Virus record (IMG/VR): IMGVR_UViG_3300032236_000387
Span: 1 to 53,188 of that record
DNA length: 53,188 bases
Reading direction: 5' to 3' (one strand)
Source of the DNA: a virus
Taxonomy: Duplodnaviria; Caudoviricetes
The stretch's first letter is position 1. Each line of letters begins with the position of its first letter. Under the pieces are notes generated by a model. It was not told the DNA's origin and made no database searches. It saw only the letters and a list, made by a program, of their open reading frames with translations. Made by a program: the position numbers and the translations under genes. Below, one piece after another: positions 28,466 through 37,394 of the stretch.

Positions 28466-28800
28466 TGGCCGAGCCAGTGAGCAGCACGGCAGCAGCGAAG
28501 GCGGCGGCAGGGATTGGTGGCCTGTTCGGAGGGCTTGCAATACTAACGTTCCTCAAGCCTCACAATTTGCGGGATGCTGCCATTCGAGGTGGAGTAAGCA
28601 CCGGGTCGGCAATTATTGGGGCCGCTCCGCTTACCAAGTATCTTGGAATGGACCCCCACGATTGGGAATTTGCTTTAACGATGGGCGCTGCTATTGGGTT
28701 TTCTTCTTGGTTTGTGTTGTCTGCGGTGGGCAACTATTTCAAGAAACACGAGGGTGAAGACATCATGGAAGTGGTGAAGTCCGTAAAGGACTCCAAGTAA
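28465..28800 (+). CDS. Membrane protein, holin-like
   Basis: Three hydrophobic segments, charged C-terminus, lysis cluster. Confidence 0.55.
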   Translation: MAEPVSSTAAAKAAAGIGGLFGGLAILTFLKPHNLRDAAIRGGVSTGSAIIGAAPLTKYLGMDPHDWEFALTMGAAIGFSSWFVLSAVGNYFKKHEGEDIMEVVKSVKDSK

Positions 28801-29132
28801 TGTACGGTGAAACCTACGGGCTAACGTTTTGGTTGGTTTGGGCGTGGGCATCTCACAATGCCGTGTGGGTCAATGCTGCAGCACACCTGTGTATGTTTAG
28901 TGGGATCCTGTGGATGGTGTTCCACAACCCGGACCAGCCTTGGTACTACAAGAACCCTATGTGGTTTGCTGGGTTGGCAAGCCTGTTGTGTTTCATCTCA
29001 ATTGGGTTTCAGTTTGCGTTTGGCGAAGATTTCCCATTCAGTTACAAAAACATTGGGTTGATAGGCGAAACGGTATTCAACTGTTGCTGGGCGTTTTTCT
29101 TTGTATCCTATTTGATACAACAGAGGAAGTAA
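28800..29132 (+). CDS. Multi-pass membrane protein
   Basis: 3-4 hydrophobic segments; TAATG coupling. Confidence 0.6.
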   Translation: MYGETYGLTFWLVWAWASHNAVWVNAAAHLCMFSGILWMVFHNPDQPWYYKNPMWFAGLASLLCFISIGFQFAFGEDFPFSYKNIGLIGETVFNCCWAFFFVSYLIQQRK

Positions 29133-29293
29133 TGGATGTTATTGACCACCTGCTTCGTTTTTGGCCGGTCTTTGCCGGGATGATCACTGTTGTGATTGTT
29201 CTGGCTCAACATCATCAACGAACTGCTGTACTGGAAGAAAAAGTAAAAATGTTATTCGACCTGTACAACAAAATGAAAGACAAAAATGGCTGA
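29132..29293 (+). CDS. Small single-TM protein (53 aa, MDVIDHLLRFWP...)
   Basis: GAGG RBS, TAATG coupling. Confidence 0.6.
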   Translation: MDVIDHLLRFWPVFAGMITVVIVLAQHHQRTAVLEEKVKMLFDLYNKMKDKNG

Positions 29294-29795
29294 CTTCAAT
29301 CCAGCTTTTGAAAAAATGCTGCACGATGAAGGCGGCATGAAACTTACCAATATTCCGGGCGACCGAGGGGGAATGACTTATGCTGGAATCGCAAGAAACG
29401 CCAATCCTCAATGGGCAGGATGGGCGTTCGTGGATAAGGAAGACTGGGGATTGGCTACTCCATTGGTTCGTGAGTTTTATAAAACTAGTTTCTGGGACCG
29501 CATCCGAGGTGACGATATTGCAGTCCAGCCTATTGCAGAAACGATATTCAATTTCAGCGTTAACGCGGGAATTGGAGTTGCAATCAAGCTCGCTCAAGTC
29601 ATTGTCAACGTCACCCCAGACGGTGCCATCGGACAAAAAACCCTTGAACGACTGAACATTTGCACTGAAACCAATTTTGTTGCGTCTTATGCGCTGGCTA
29701 AGATTGGAAGGTACGCAGCCATCTGCAACAAGGATAAAACCCAATCAAAATTCCTGTTGGGTTGGGTCAACCGAACCCTTGAAGGACTTAAATAA
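29286..29795 (+). CDS. Endolysin, glycoside hydrolase family 108 with peptidoglycan-binding C-terminus
   Basis: EGG...DRGGMTYAGI motif; DGAIGQKT; FLLGWVNR. Confidence 0.9.
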   Translation: MADFNPAFEKMLHDEGGMKLTNIPGDRGGMTYAGIARNANPQWAGWAFVDKEDWGLATPLVREFYKTSFWDRIRGDDIAVQPIAETIFNFSVNAGIGVAIKLAQVIVNVTPDGAIGQKTLERLNICTETNFVASYALAKIGRYAAICNKDKTQSKFLLGWVNRTLEGLK

Positions 29796-30232
29796 TGGAC
29801 TTGCTGGGGATCGGCAACATCATTGAGGGTGTTGGGAAGATTGCCGGTGATTTGATCACCACTGATAAAGAGAAAATGACCCTTGAGTTGGAGGGGCGCA
29901 AACTTGATATCGAACAAGCGAAGGTCGAGCAGACAACTGATCTGGCCCAGATTGAGGTCAACAAAATCGAGGCCGCGTCGAGCAGTTTCTTTGTCTCTGG
30001 ATGGCGTCCTGCTGTGGGTTGGCTTGGTGTACTTGGTCTTGCTTATCAGTACTTGGGTTATCCCCTGATGCAGTGGATTTGGGCGTTTGCACAAGGGATG
30101 GACTGGATACCAAAAGGATTACAACCACCTCCGGATCTTGAAACAGAACAGCTTATGGTTTTGCTTTCTGGTCTGCTCGGGTTTGGTGGGATGAGAAGTT
30201 TTGAGAAGTCCAAAGGAGTCGCGTCGAAGTAG
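29795..30232 (+). CDS. Holin of the 3TM (GTA-type) family
   Basis: EAASSSFFVSGWRPAVGW...GLLGFGGMRSFEKSKGV. Confidence 0.88.
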   Translation: MDLLGIGNIIEGVGKIAGDLITTDKEKMTLELEGRKLDIEQAKVEQTTDLAQIEVNKIEAASSSFFVSGWRPAVGWLGVLGLAYQYLGYPLMQWIWAFAQGMDWIPKGLQPPPDLETEQLMVLLSGLLGFGGMRSFEKSKGVASK

Positions 30233-30235
30233 CAA

Positions 30236-30252
30236 GTGTAATCGGATTACAC
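30236..30252. promoter_or_regulatory. 17-bp palindrome, site 4, between lysis and tail-adaptor genes
   Basis: GTGTAATCGGATTACAC. Confidence 0.85.
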
Positions 30253-30304
30253 CCTTGTGATTCATTGATGTCAGTGGGAAAATGCCTATAAAGATGGGGA
30301 AACT

Positions 30305-30949
30305 ATGACGACATTCGCACCCTCTTGGGTAATGACCTATGATTCGCTGACATCAACGGTCCTACAGTATCTTGAACGTACTGACACGGCGGTCGTTAAC
30401 GCTATTCCTACGTTCATCACGCTTGCTGAATTTGAGATCGCTCAAGAGATCAAGACGCTCGGGCAGCTACAGGTTGTAGGCTCTACCCTTACTGCAGGCA
30501 GTCCAACGCTCCAAAAGCCTGCTAGGTGGCGTAAAACGGTATCTATGAACCTGACAACCAGTTCAGGATCTAGGTCGCCGATTCTGCTTCGCAAATACGA
30601 GTATCTGGTCAACTATTGGCCAAAAAATTCTAGTACTGGGCAGCCTCTGTACTACGCGGACACTGATTGGGACCATTGGTATCTGGCTCCAACGCCTGAC
30701 CAAGCGTACACGTTCGAGGTGCTCTACTACGAACGGATCGCTCCGTTAAGCTCGACCAATCAAACCAACTGGTTGACCCAAAACGCTCCGACCGCGATGT
30801 TGTTCGGCACGCTCTTGCAGGCGATGCCTTTCTTAAAAAACGATCAGCGAACAATTTTTCAGCAGAAATACACTGAAGCCATTCAATCGCTTAAGACTGA
30901 GGACGTGGCTCGCGTCGGTGACCGTCAGTCAATAGCCGTGGACTCATAA
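30305..30949 (+). CDS. Tail adaptor (tubular protein A-like)
   Basis: MTYDSL...IPTFITLAE...LAPTPDQAY...NWLTQNAP pattern. Confidence 0.75.
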   Translation: MTTFAPSWVMTYDSLTSTVLQYLERTDTAVVNAIPTFITLAEFEIAQEIKTLGQLQVVGSTLTAGSPTLQKPARWRKTVSMNLTTSSGSRSPILLRKYEYLVNYWPKNSSTGQPLYYADTDWDHWYLAPTPDQAYTFEVLYYERIAPLSSTNQTNWLTQNAPTAMLFGTLLQAMPFLKNDQRTIFQQKYTEAIQSLKTEDVARVGDRQSIAVDS

Positions 30950-30950
30950 T

Positions 30951-32213
30951 ATGACTACCTCTTACGTCAATCCGTACACGGGACAGACGGTCAGCCCATC
31001 GCAGGTTGGCTACGAAAGTCTCACGATCAGCACTGACACAATCCTTCAGTGGCCAATAAATGGCACCACTGGATATGTCGTTGCCAACATTATCGATGTT
31101 GTAGCTACGGCCAGCGGGTTGAATCTTTACCTACCCGTGGCCAGCGCAGTATCGGTTGGTCAAGCGTTCATCATTCGGAACATCGGGACGGTATCTCAGT
31201 ATTCGTTCACGGTTGTCAATAATGCTGGCACCACGATCATCAATATTCCGGTTGCTCCGACAACCTCGACTGTCAACACTTATTACATTTACCTCACTGA
31301 CAATTCGACCACTTATGGAACGTGGTCAACAATTGCCATGGGGATTGGTACTTCGGCTGCAAACTCGGCAACTCTTGCCGGGTTGGGTCTGAAGGCAATT
31401 ACCAATACGTTGAATTCAAACCTTCCAGTAACGACCAATCCATCAACTGGATACACATTTACTGCGTTGGATAGGGCAGCGCTATATGTATGGTCGAGTG
31501 GCGCAGGAACCCTAAATTTACCAACCGTGGCCAGTGTTGGTGCCGGGTGGTTTGTAGCCATCAAAAATGATGGAACAGGAATTCTTACGGTTGCTCCGCA
31601 AGGTGCAAGTAAAATTGATGGAACGGCAAGTTCGGTTCAGATTCAAATTGCCAACTCAAGCGTGTTTGCAACGGATGGGACCGATTGGTACACCTATGCA
31701 TTGGCGCAGACAAACGTATTCAACTACACCCAGTTGTTGCTAAGTGTTACTGGCGCTGCATCGACAATTACATTGACTGCGGCACAGGCAAAAAACGTCA
31801 TCCAAAATTATGCTGGGACGCTTTCTTACAATACAACCATTTATTTGCCGCAAACCGTTCAGTTGTATTCGATTAAAAATTCAACAAGCGGTTCTTATAC
31901 GTTGAGTTTTGCTGTTTACGGAGTTAGCGGCGGAACAACAATTTCGGTTTCTCAGGGAACCAACGCAATTTTGATTTGTGATGGCACGAACGTATACAGC
32001 GGAACGTCGTCCACGCAAAGCTTTGCAACATCCTTGACAGTTGGAAATGGATCTGCAGCGGCACCATCTGTAAACTTCTCTGGTGATTCAACCACCGGGA
32101 TATTCTTGGCCGCATCTGGTCAACTTGGGTTTGCAGTGGGCGGTGTATCTGCAGGAGCGGTTACAGCAAGTGGACTGTTGCTTACGGTTGGCATCAATAG
32201 CGGTACGTTCTGA
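30951..32213 (+). CDS. Tail structural/fibre-base protein
   Basis: Beta-rich; GSAAAPSVNFSGDSTTG motif. Confidence 0.7.
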   Translation: MTTSYVNPYTGQTVSPSQVGYESLTISTDTILQWPINGTTGYVVANIIDVVATASGLNLYLPVASAVSVGQAFIIRNIGTVSQYSFTVVNNAGTTIINIPVAPTTSTVNTYYIYLTDNSTTYGTWSTIAMGIGTSAANSATLAGLGLKAITNTLNSNLPVTTNPSTGYTFTALDRAALYVWSSGAGTLNLPTVASVGAGWFVAIKNDGTGILTVAPQGASKIDGTASSVQIQIANSSVFATDGTDWYTYALAQTNVFNYTQLLLSVTGAASTITLTAAQAKNVIQNYAGTLSYNTTIYLPQTVQLYSIKNSTSGSYTLSFAVYGVSGGTTISVSQGTNAILICDGTNVYSGTSSTQSFATSLTVGNGSAAAPSVNFSGDSTTGIFLAASGQLGFAVGGVSAGAVTASGLLLTVGINSGTF

Positions 32214-34774
32214 TGACGATTAAAGTCGCAGTACTTCAGGTTGGCGCTGGAATCCAGCGAGATGGTACAGTATTTGCCGCTCCAACTTATGTAGATGGCC
32301 AGTGGGTTCGATTCCAGTACGGTCGCCCCAGAAAAATGGGTGGTTATTCTGGTGCATTTTTGAATGCACAGGGAATCAGCCGAGGAATGATTCTTAGTTC
32401 TCAAAACGGTCAAACGTGGGTTGTGTCCGGGTTTAACAACGGACTACAGCAATGGACAATCAATAACGATGCTGCAATTGGTACGGGTCCAACACAGATT
32501 TATGTGATTGGCTCGATTACAACGTCGTCAATTACGTCTGCTGGTGCCGGGTATGTTGCAGGTACTTATACTGGAGTGGCTCCTGTTACGACCAGTGGTA
32601 ACGGTACTGGAGCCACCTACACCGTGGTGGTTTCTGGCGGAAAAGTAACGTCAGCCACTTTAACGGCTAGTGGAAACGGATACGGATATGGCGATACGTT
32701 CAGCTTTGCAAACTCAGATATTGGTGGGAATTCGCTATCTTCAGTAGCGGTAATCGGAACGGCTGGGCAATTTTCCTGCACTGCTACAACCACCCTTGTG
32801 GCTGGTCAAACGGTTATTGTTACGGGTACTTTGACTGGCACGGCAACCGGCGTGTCGTCTGGAACGTACTACGTCATTACTGGCGGAACCACGTCGTTTA
32901 CGTTGTCGAATACGCTAGGTGGCACAGCAATTACCACGACGGCTGGAACCACCACGGGGCTGACATTTAACCCGGTGAATGCGTTTCAAGGGACTATAAA
33001 TTCGGTCACATATTACGGTGTGAACGTAGCCCCATCGAGCAATTATTTTCAATCAAGCTCCAGCACTCTTTGGCAGTTTGACTATGGATATGATCCGTCA
33101 GGGACTGGAAATAACAATCTGATCGCGCATCCGGGGCAGAATCTTCAATACATCGACAGCACGACCAATACCCGACCGCTGATTGGTCCGTTTACCGGAA
33201 CTGCTTTGACTCCGGTTGGTGTTTTTACGGCCACCGGGACGACGACCAATGGGTCACCTAACGTCACGTTCTCAAGCATCAATGTGGCCATGGGCGCGGG
33301 GGTTAGTGTCAGTGGGACGGGGATACCGTCAAGCACGAAAATTGTTTCGTCGAACTACGTCAGCAATAGCTTCAATCTGGCCGGGGTTGCTGTTACCGGG
33401 ACCGCAGGCCAATTCTCTTGTAGTGCCACTACGCTTACGTCCGGTCAGGCAATCACGGTCACCGGCACGCTGACAGGCAGCGCCACGGGCATCGCCGCGG
33501 GAACCTATTACATCATTGCCACAAACGGAACAACGACCTTCACGTTGTCGAATACATCTGGCGGGTTTGCAATTGTCACGACTGCTGGAACGACCGCTGG
33601 GTTGACGTTTACCGCGTTCGTAGCCAGCACATGGACCGTGGTTCTCAGCGCCAATGCGACTGCGTCTGGAACCGTCACATTGACCTTTGACAACAACATC
33701 AGCGTGTCTGGTGGTGTTGTGATGTTGTACCCATACTTGTTTGTCTATGGCAACAACGGGTTGATCCAGAACTGTTCTGCGGGAAACTTTAACAACTGGA
33801 CTTCGGCGGATTCAAACGCCAACAACGTGGCCTCTACGAAGATCGTGAAGGGGCTTCCACTGCGAGGTGGTACTACGTCACCGGCTGGGCTTTTTTGGAG
33901 CCTAGACGGCGTTATACGGGTCACCTATGCCCCGCAGGCTGTAGGCACGTCCACAATCTACTGGCGATATGATCTGGTCACACAGCAGTCATCTATCATG
34001 TCCAGTTCGTGTGTGATCGAGTACGACGGAATTTATTACTGGGCTGGGGTAGATCGATTCTTGATGTACAACGGCGTTGTTCAAGAAGTGCCCAATACCC
34101 AGAATCTAAACTGGTTTTTTGATGGACTCAATACGTCACAACGCCAGAAGGTGTGGGTCAGCAAAATTCCGAGGTGGGGCGAGATCTGGTGGTTCTATCC
34201 TCGGGGTAGCGCGACTGAATGCAACGACGCCATCATCTATAACATCAGAGAAAAATGTTGGTATGACGCCGGGTTGGCCGATGGTGCCAATCGATCTGCA
34301 GGCACGTTTTCAGAAGTGTTCAAAAAGCCGGTGTGGGCTGGCGACGTGGCCAACTCCACTGGCAACTACACTTTGTGGATTCACGAGCAGGGAACCGATC
34401 AGATTTATCTGAACAACGTAAATGCCATCAACTCGTACTTTGAAACGAACGTCATTGGTACGGGCACTGGGCTGGTGGGTACTGCAAGTGGCCTTGGGGA
34501 TAATTTGTGGACTCGTCTGGAGCGTGTTGAACCTGATTTTGTTCAGTCTGGCCAGATGAGTTTGACGGTCACGGGTAAAGGTTACGCGGATGATGTAGAT
34601 CGAGCCTCAACGCCCTATGTTTTTGATGCATCCACCCTTAAAATAGACATGAAGGAACAGCGCCGGGAGATGCGGTTGCGGTTCACCAGCAACACCCAAA
34701 ACGGGAATTACTTCATGGGCCGGGTGGTGATGAGTGTCGATACTGGCGATGTCCGCGGAACGGCAAACCCATGA
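32213..34774 (+). CDS. Tail nozzle/stabilisation protein (tubular protein B-like) with inserted beta domains
   Basis: GQWVRFQYGRPRKMGG N-terminus; FLMYNGVVQEVP...WGEIWWFYP...YNIREKCWY. Confidence 0.75.
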   Translation: MTIKVAVLQVGAGIQRDGTVFAAPTYVDGQWVRFQYGRPRKMGGYSGAFLNAQGISRGMILSSQNGQTWVVSGFNNGLQQWTINNDAAIGTGPTQIYVIGSITTSSITSAGAGYVAGTYTGVAPVTTSGNGTGATYTVVVSGGKVTSATLTASGNGYGYGDTFSFANSDIGGNSLSSVAVIGTAGQFSCTATTTLVAGQTVIVTGTLTGTATGVSSGTYYVITGGTTSFTLSNTLGGTAITTTAGTTTGLTFNPVNAFQGTINSVTYYGVNVAPSSNYFQSSSSTLWQFDYGYDPSGTGNNNLIAHPGQNLQYIDSTTNTRPLIGPFTGTALTPVGVFTATGTTTNGSPNVTFSSINVAMGAGVSVSGTGIPSSTKIVSSNYVSNSFNLAGVAVTGTAGQFSCSATTLTSGQAITVTGTLTGSATGIAAGTYYIIATNGTTTFTLSNTSGGFAIVTTAGTTAGLTFTAFVASTWTVVLSANATASGTVTLTFDNNISVSGGVVMLYPYLFVYGNNGLIQNCSAGNFNNWTSADSNANNVASTKIVKGLPLRGGTTSPAGLFWSLDGVIRVTYAPQAVGTSTIYWRYDLVTQQSSIMSSSCVIEYDGIYYWAGVDRFLMYNGVVQEVPNTQNLNWFFDGLNTSQRQKVWVSKIPRWGEIWWFYPRGSATECNDAIIYNIREKCWYDAGLADGANRSAGTFSEVFKKPVWAGDVANSTGNYTLWIHEQGTDQIYLNNVNAINSYFETNVIGTGTGLVGTASGLGDNLWTRLERVEPDFVQSGQMSLTVTGKGYADDVDRASTPYVFDASTLKIDMKEQRREMRLRFTSNTQNGNYFMGRVVMSVDTGDVRGTANP

Positions 34775-35016
34775 TAACGTATGACCCCAGAGGGATGACG
34801 TGGGATCAGTACTGCAAACTGATGGCCGAGTTGTTTGCCGGTAACCAACTGGGGTTTGTCGGCGAGGAAAATTGGCGGCAGTGGGTAGACGGGATGAACG
34901 GGATTGGATACTTCGTTCAGTCTGGAAATCCTGACCATCGTCCGTATGAGAACTGGCAAGACTGGGCGATGGCTCTTGCTGGAATAATGTCAATCCAGCC
35001 AACACTCAATCCATAA
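34771..35016 (+). CDS. Hypothetical tail-module protein (81 aa)
   Basis: ATGA-coupled; Trp-rich. Confidence 0.7.
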   Translation: MITYDPRGMTWDQYCKLMAELFAGNQLGFVGEENWRQWVDGMNGIGYFVQSGNPDHRPYENWQDWAMALAGIMSIQPTLNP

Positions 35017-35017
35017 A

Positions 35018-35389
35018 ATGCAACCATCAGAAATCATCAACGCAGACTCGCAACAGAGAGGCTTGGACCCTAAAGCGGTTCTGATTTCTGTACGGCAGAT
35101 TTTAAAAAACGGTGGGCACTTGCTGCACGCCGGTAACACTGCGTTGTTGCTTCAAAGGATTGGTCCGCAGGTCTTTGCCACTCATCTATTTACGAGTGAT
35201 CAGCCTATAGCTTTATCACGGGCGATGATTCAATTCTTTCACCAAATTTCAGGTCAAGGAATTCATCGTCTTTATGGGAAGGCGGACAATGTTCAAATTA
35301 TTCAACTTTTGCAGAATTTGACCAAAGGGGTGAGTGCAACCATGCATCCATCTGACCGTCCCGAATACAACTGGATGATTCAATTATGA
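35018..35389 (+). CDS. Hypothetical protein, possibly degenerate GNAT-like fold
   Basis: Occupies the slot before ejection genes that often holds an acetyltransferase-like protein. Confidence 0.5.
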   Translation: MQPSEIINADSQQRGLDPKAVLISVRQILKNGGHLLHAGNTALLLQRIGPQVFATHLFTSDQPIALSRAMIQFFHQISGQGIHRLYGKADNVQIIQLLQNLTKGVSATMHPSDRPEYNWMIQL

Positions 35390-37392
35390 CTAGTTATTCG
35401 GGAAGCGCTGGTAGGCAAAACAAAGGCGCAAAGGTTGTCAGTTCGTACAGCGGTGCTGGTCAGATCGTTAATGGTCAGGGCATTCGTGATTATCACGGCG
35501 GCGGAGCAATTGTTCACATTGGTCTGGCTCTGTTGGATGTCGCCACTGGTGGAGCCACGGCGTTTCTTTGTGCTCTTGATGAAGCATCAGATGCTGCGTG
35601 TCTGATTGATGCGGCGGCAAACTCGTTTGAAGCCATTGATAATGTAACTGGTCTTCCTTCTGAAGTAGCAAGCACATTTACTCCCGGCGACTTTATTGCC
35701 AATCCATGTTGTGCTTTTAGTTTTGGATGCGATGCAAGGGCTGGGCTGTCTTGTGCTAGTCAGGTAGGTTCTTCAACGAACGCAGCTGATGGCGCGAGCA
35801 CAATTGGATGTGATGCCAGAGCAGGGATGACTTGCACTGTTAATGGCGGTTTATCTACTTGCACCGTTACTGGCGGTTCTGCAGCTTGCACTGTAAACGG
35901 TGGATTGCCGTCGTCTTGTACAGTGGGTGGTGGGGCTGCGGCTTGCACCTTGTCGGGGGGATCGGTTAATTGCACCCTGTCTGGCGGTGCCGGGAATGAC
36001 ACTTTCAACTGTGACACAGTTGATTCTGGATCTAAATGTGACACGCTAAAAGGCGGATCCGAATCTTGCACGTTGCAGGGCGGCTCTGGAAACGACACTC
36101 TTTGCGCGTGCTGCACTAACTGTTGCTGTGATTGTTGCAACTGTGATTGCTGTAAATGCGATTGCTGTAACTGCGATTGTTGTAACTGTGACTGCTGTAA
36201 ATGCTGCTGTGATTGTTGCAATTGCGACTGCTGCAACTGCGACTGCTGTAACTGTGACTGCTGTAATTGCTGCTGTGATTGTTGTAATTGCGACTGTTGC
36301 AATTGCTGTTGCGATTGCTGTAACTGCGATTGCTGCAATTGTTGTTGTGACTGCTGTAATTGCTGTGACTGTTGCAACTGTGATTGCTGTTGTTGTGATT
36401 GCTGTTGCGACTGCTGCTGTTGCGACTGTTGCTGCTGTGATTGCTGCTGCTCTGATTGCAAATGCAAATCGCACAAGTGCAAGTCCAAAAAATGCAAGAC
36501 CAACTGCAAACCTGCAAAAGCCGGTTCAACGACGACTAATATCAATCAACCCGCACAAACTTTTTTATGCGGAAAGGCAGATGTTTTGACCAATCGCGGC
36601 GGAAATTACAGTGCTGATCAACTTCAAGGATTGAAGCAGATCGGAACTGAGGCTCTTCCAACTGCTCCCAATATGGGAGGTCTTGGTTTTGCGGAAGCAG
36701 GAACGGTAAAAGCAGATGTGACGCAACAACCATCGAAGGTTGAAAGTCTGAACGATTTGACAAAGCTTTCTGATCCGTTTAACGACAAAGCATTTTGCAC
36801 TGCTCAGTTCAATGCTAAATATGTAGAGGCTCCACCAGAGATGTTGCACAACACTGGCGTTGGAAATAAAGCGCCCGGATTGTCGTCATTGAAGCAAATC
36901 CACCAGTCAATTGTTGGTCACGCTGAAGGTGGTCTGCCGCATAAGTATGCAGCGGCAGCACCCAAGGGGCATAAACCAGAGTTTGTGACCGGGTTGACCG
37001 GGTACTACGCTTGTGGTGGCGGCACGGGACAGTCGGATGATATTCCGGCAATGCTGCATGACGGAGATTACGTCATGGATGCTGAGACAGTGTCTGCGCT
37101 TGGTGACGGTTCCAGCAAAGCAGGTATGCACGTTTTGGAAGGTTTCCGTAAACAGATACCTCATAAAGCTGGCGGAGGGTCAAACCCGGTTCCGGCCAAA
37201 ATCGCTGATGGAGAGTATGTGTTCCCGGCTGCGTTTGTCACTTCCCTCGGCGGAGGTAACAATAAGAAGGGTGCAGAAATTCTTGACGGTTTACGAGAAA
37301 AGTTGCGAGCACATAAGCGAGGCGCTCCATTGGATTCAATCCCACCAAAAGCAAAATCCCCGATTGACTACATCAAAAAGGGTGGTAAGTAA
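35386..37392 (+). CDS. Putative internal virion protein with RTX-like repeats, a Cys-rich run and a duplicated DIPAML-x-DG(D/E)YV domain
   Basis: Single 668-aa frame; C-terminal GTGQSDDIPAMLHDGDYV and VPAKIADGEYV. Confidence 0.8.
   Translation: MTSYSGSAGRQNKGAKVVSSYSGAGQIVNGQGIRDYHGGGAIVHIGLALLDVATGGATAFLCALDEASDAACLIDAAANSFEAIDNVTGLPSEVASTFTPGDFIANPCCAFSFGCDARAGLSCASQVGSSTNAADGASTIGCDARAGMTCTVNGGLSTCTVTGGSAACTVNGGLPSSCTVGGGAAACTLSGGSVNCTLSGGAGNDTFNCDTVDSGSKCDTLKGGSESCTLQGGSGNDTLCACCTNCCCDCCNCDCCKCDCCNCDCCNCDCCKCCCDCCNCDCCNCDCCNCDCCNCCCDCCNCDCCNCCCDCCNCDCCNCCCDCCNCCDCCNCDCCCCDCCCDCCCCDCCCCDCCCSDCKCKSHKCKSKKCKTNCKPAKAGSTTTNINQPAQTFLCGKADVLTNRGGNYSADQLQGLKQIGTEALPTAPNMGGLGFAEAGTVKADVTQQPSKVESLNDLTKLSDPFNDKAFCTAQFNAKYVEAPPEMLHNTGVGNKAPGLSSLKQIHQSIVGHAEGGLPHKYAAAAPKGHKPEFVTGLTGYYACGGGTGQSDDIPAMLHDGDYVMDAETVSALGDGSSKAGMHVLEGFRKQIPHKAGGGSNPVPAKIADGEYVFPAAFVTSLGGGNNKKGAEILDGLREKLRAHKRGAPLDSIPPKAKSPIDYIKKGGK
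36103..36507 (+). repeat. Cys-rich low-complexity repeat, mostly (CCNCD)n
   Basis: About 135 codons, roughly two-thirds Cys in the core, mixed TGT/TGC, GAT/GAC, AAT/AAC codons. Confidence 0.95.
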
Positions 37393-37394
37393 AA

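Noticed and set aside
35760-36589. Poly-Gln, poly-Ser/Asn and Ala/Val/Thr-rich ORFs in other frames over the Cys run
   Set aside because: Shadow frames of the repeat; synonymous variation fits the Cys frame, which is continuous with a coupled 668-aa gene.
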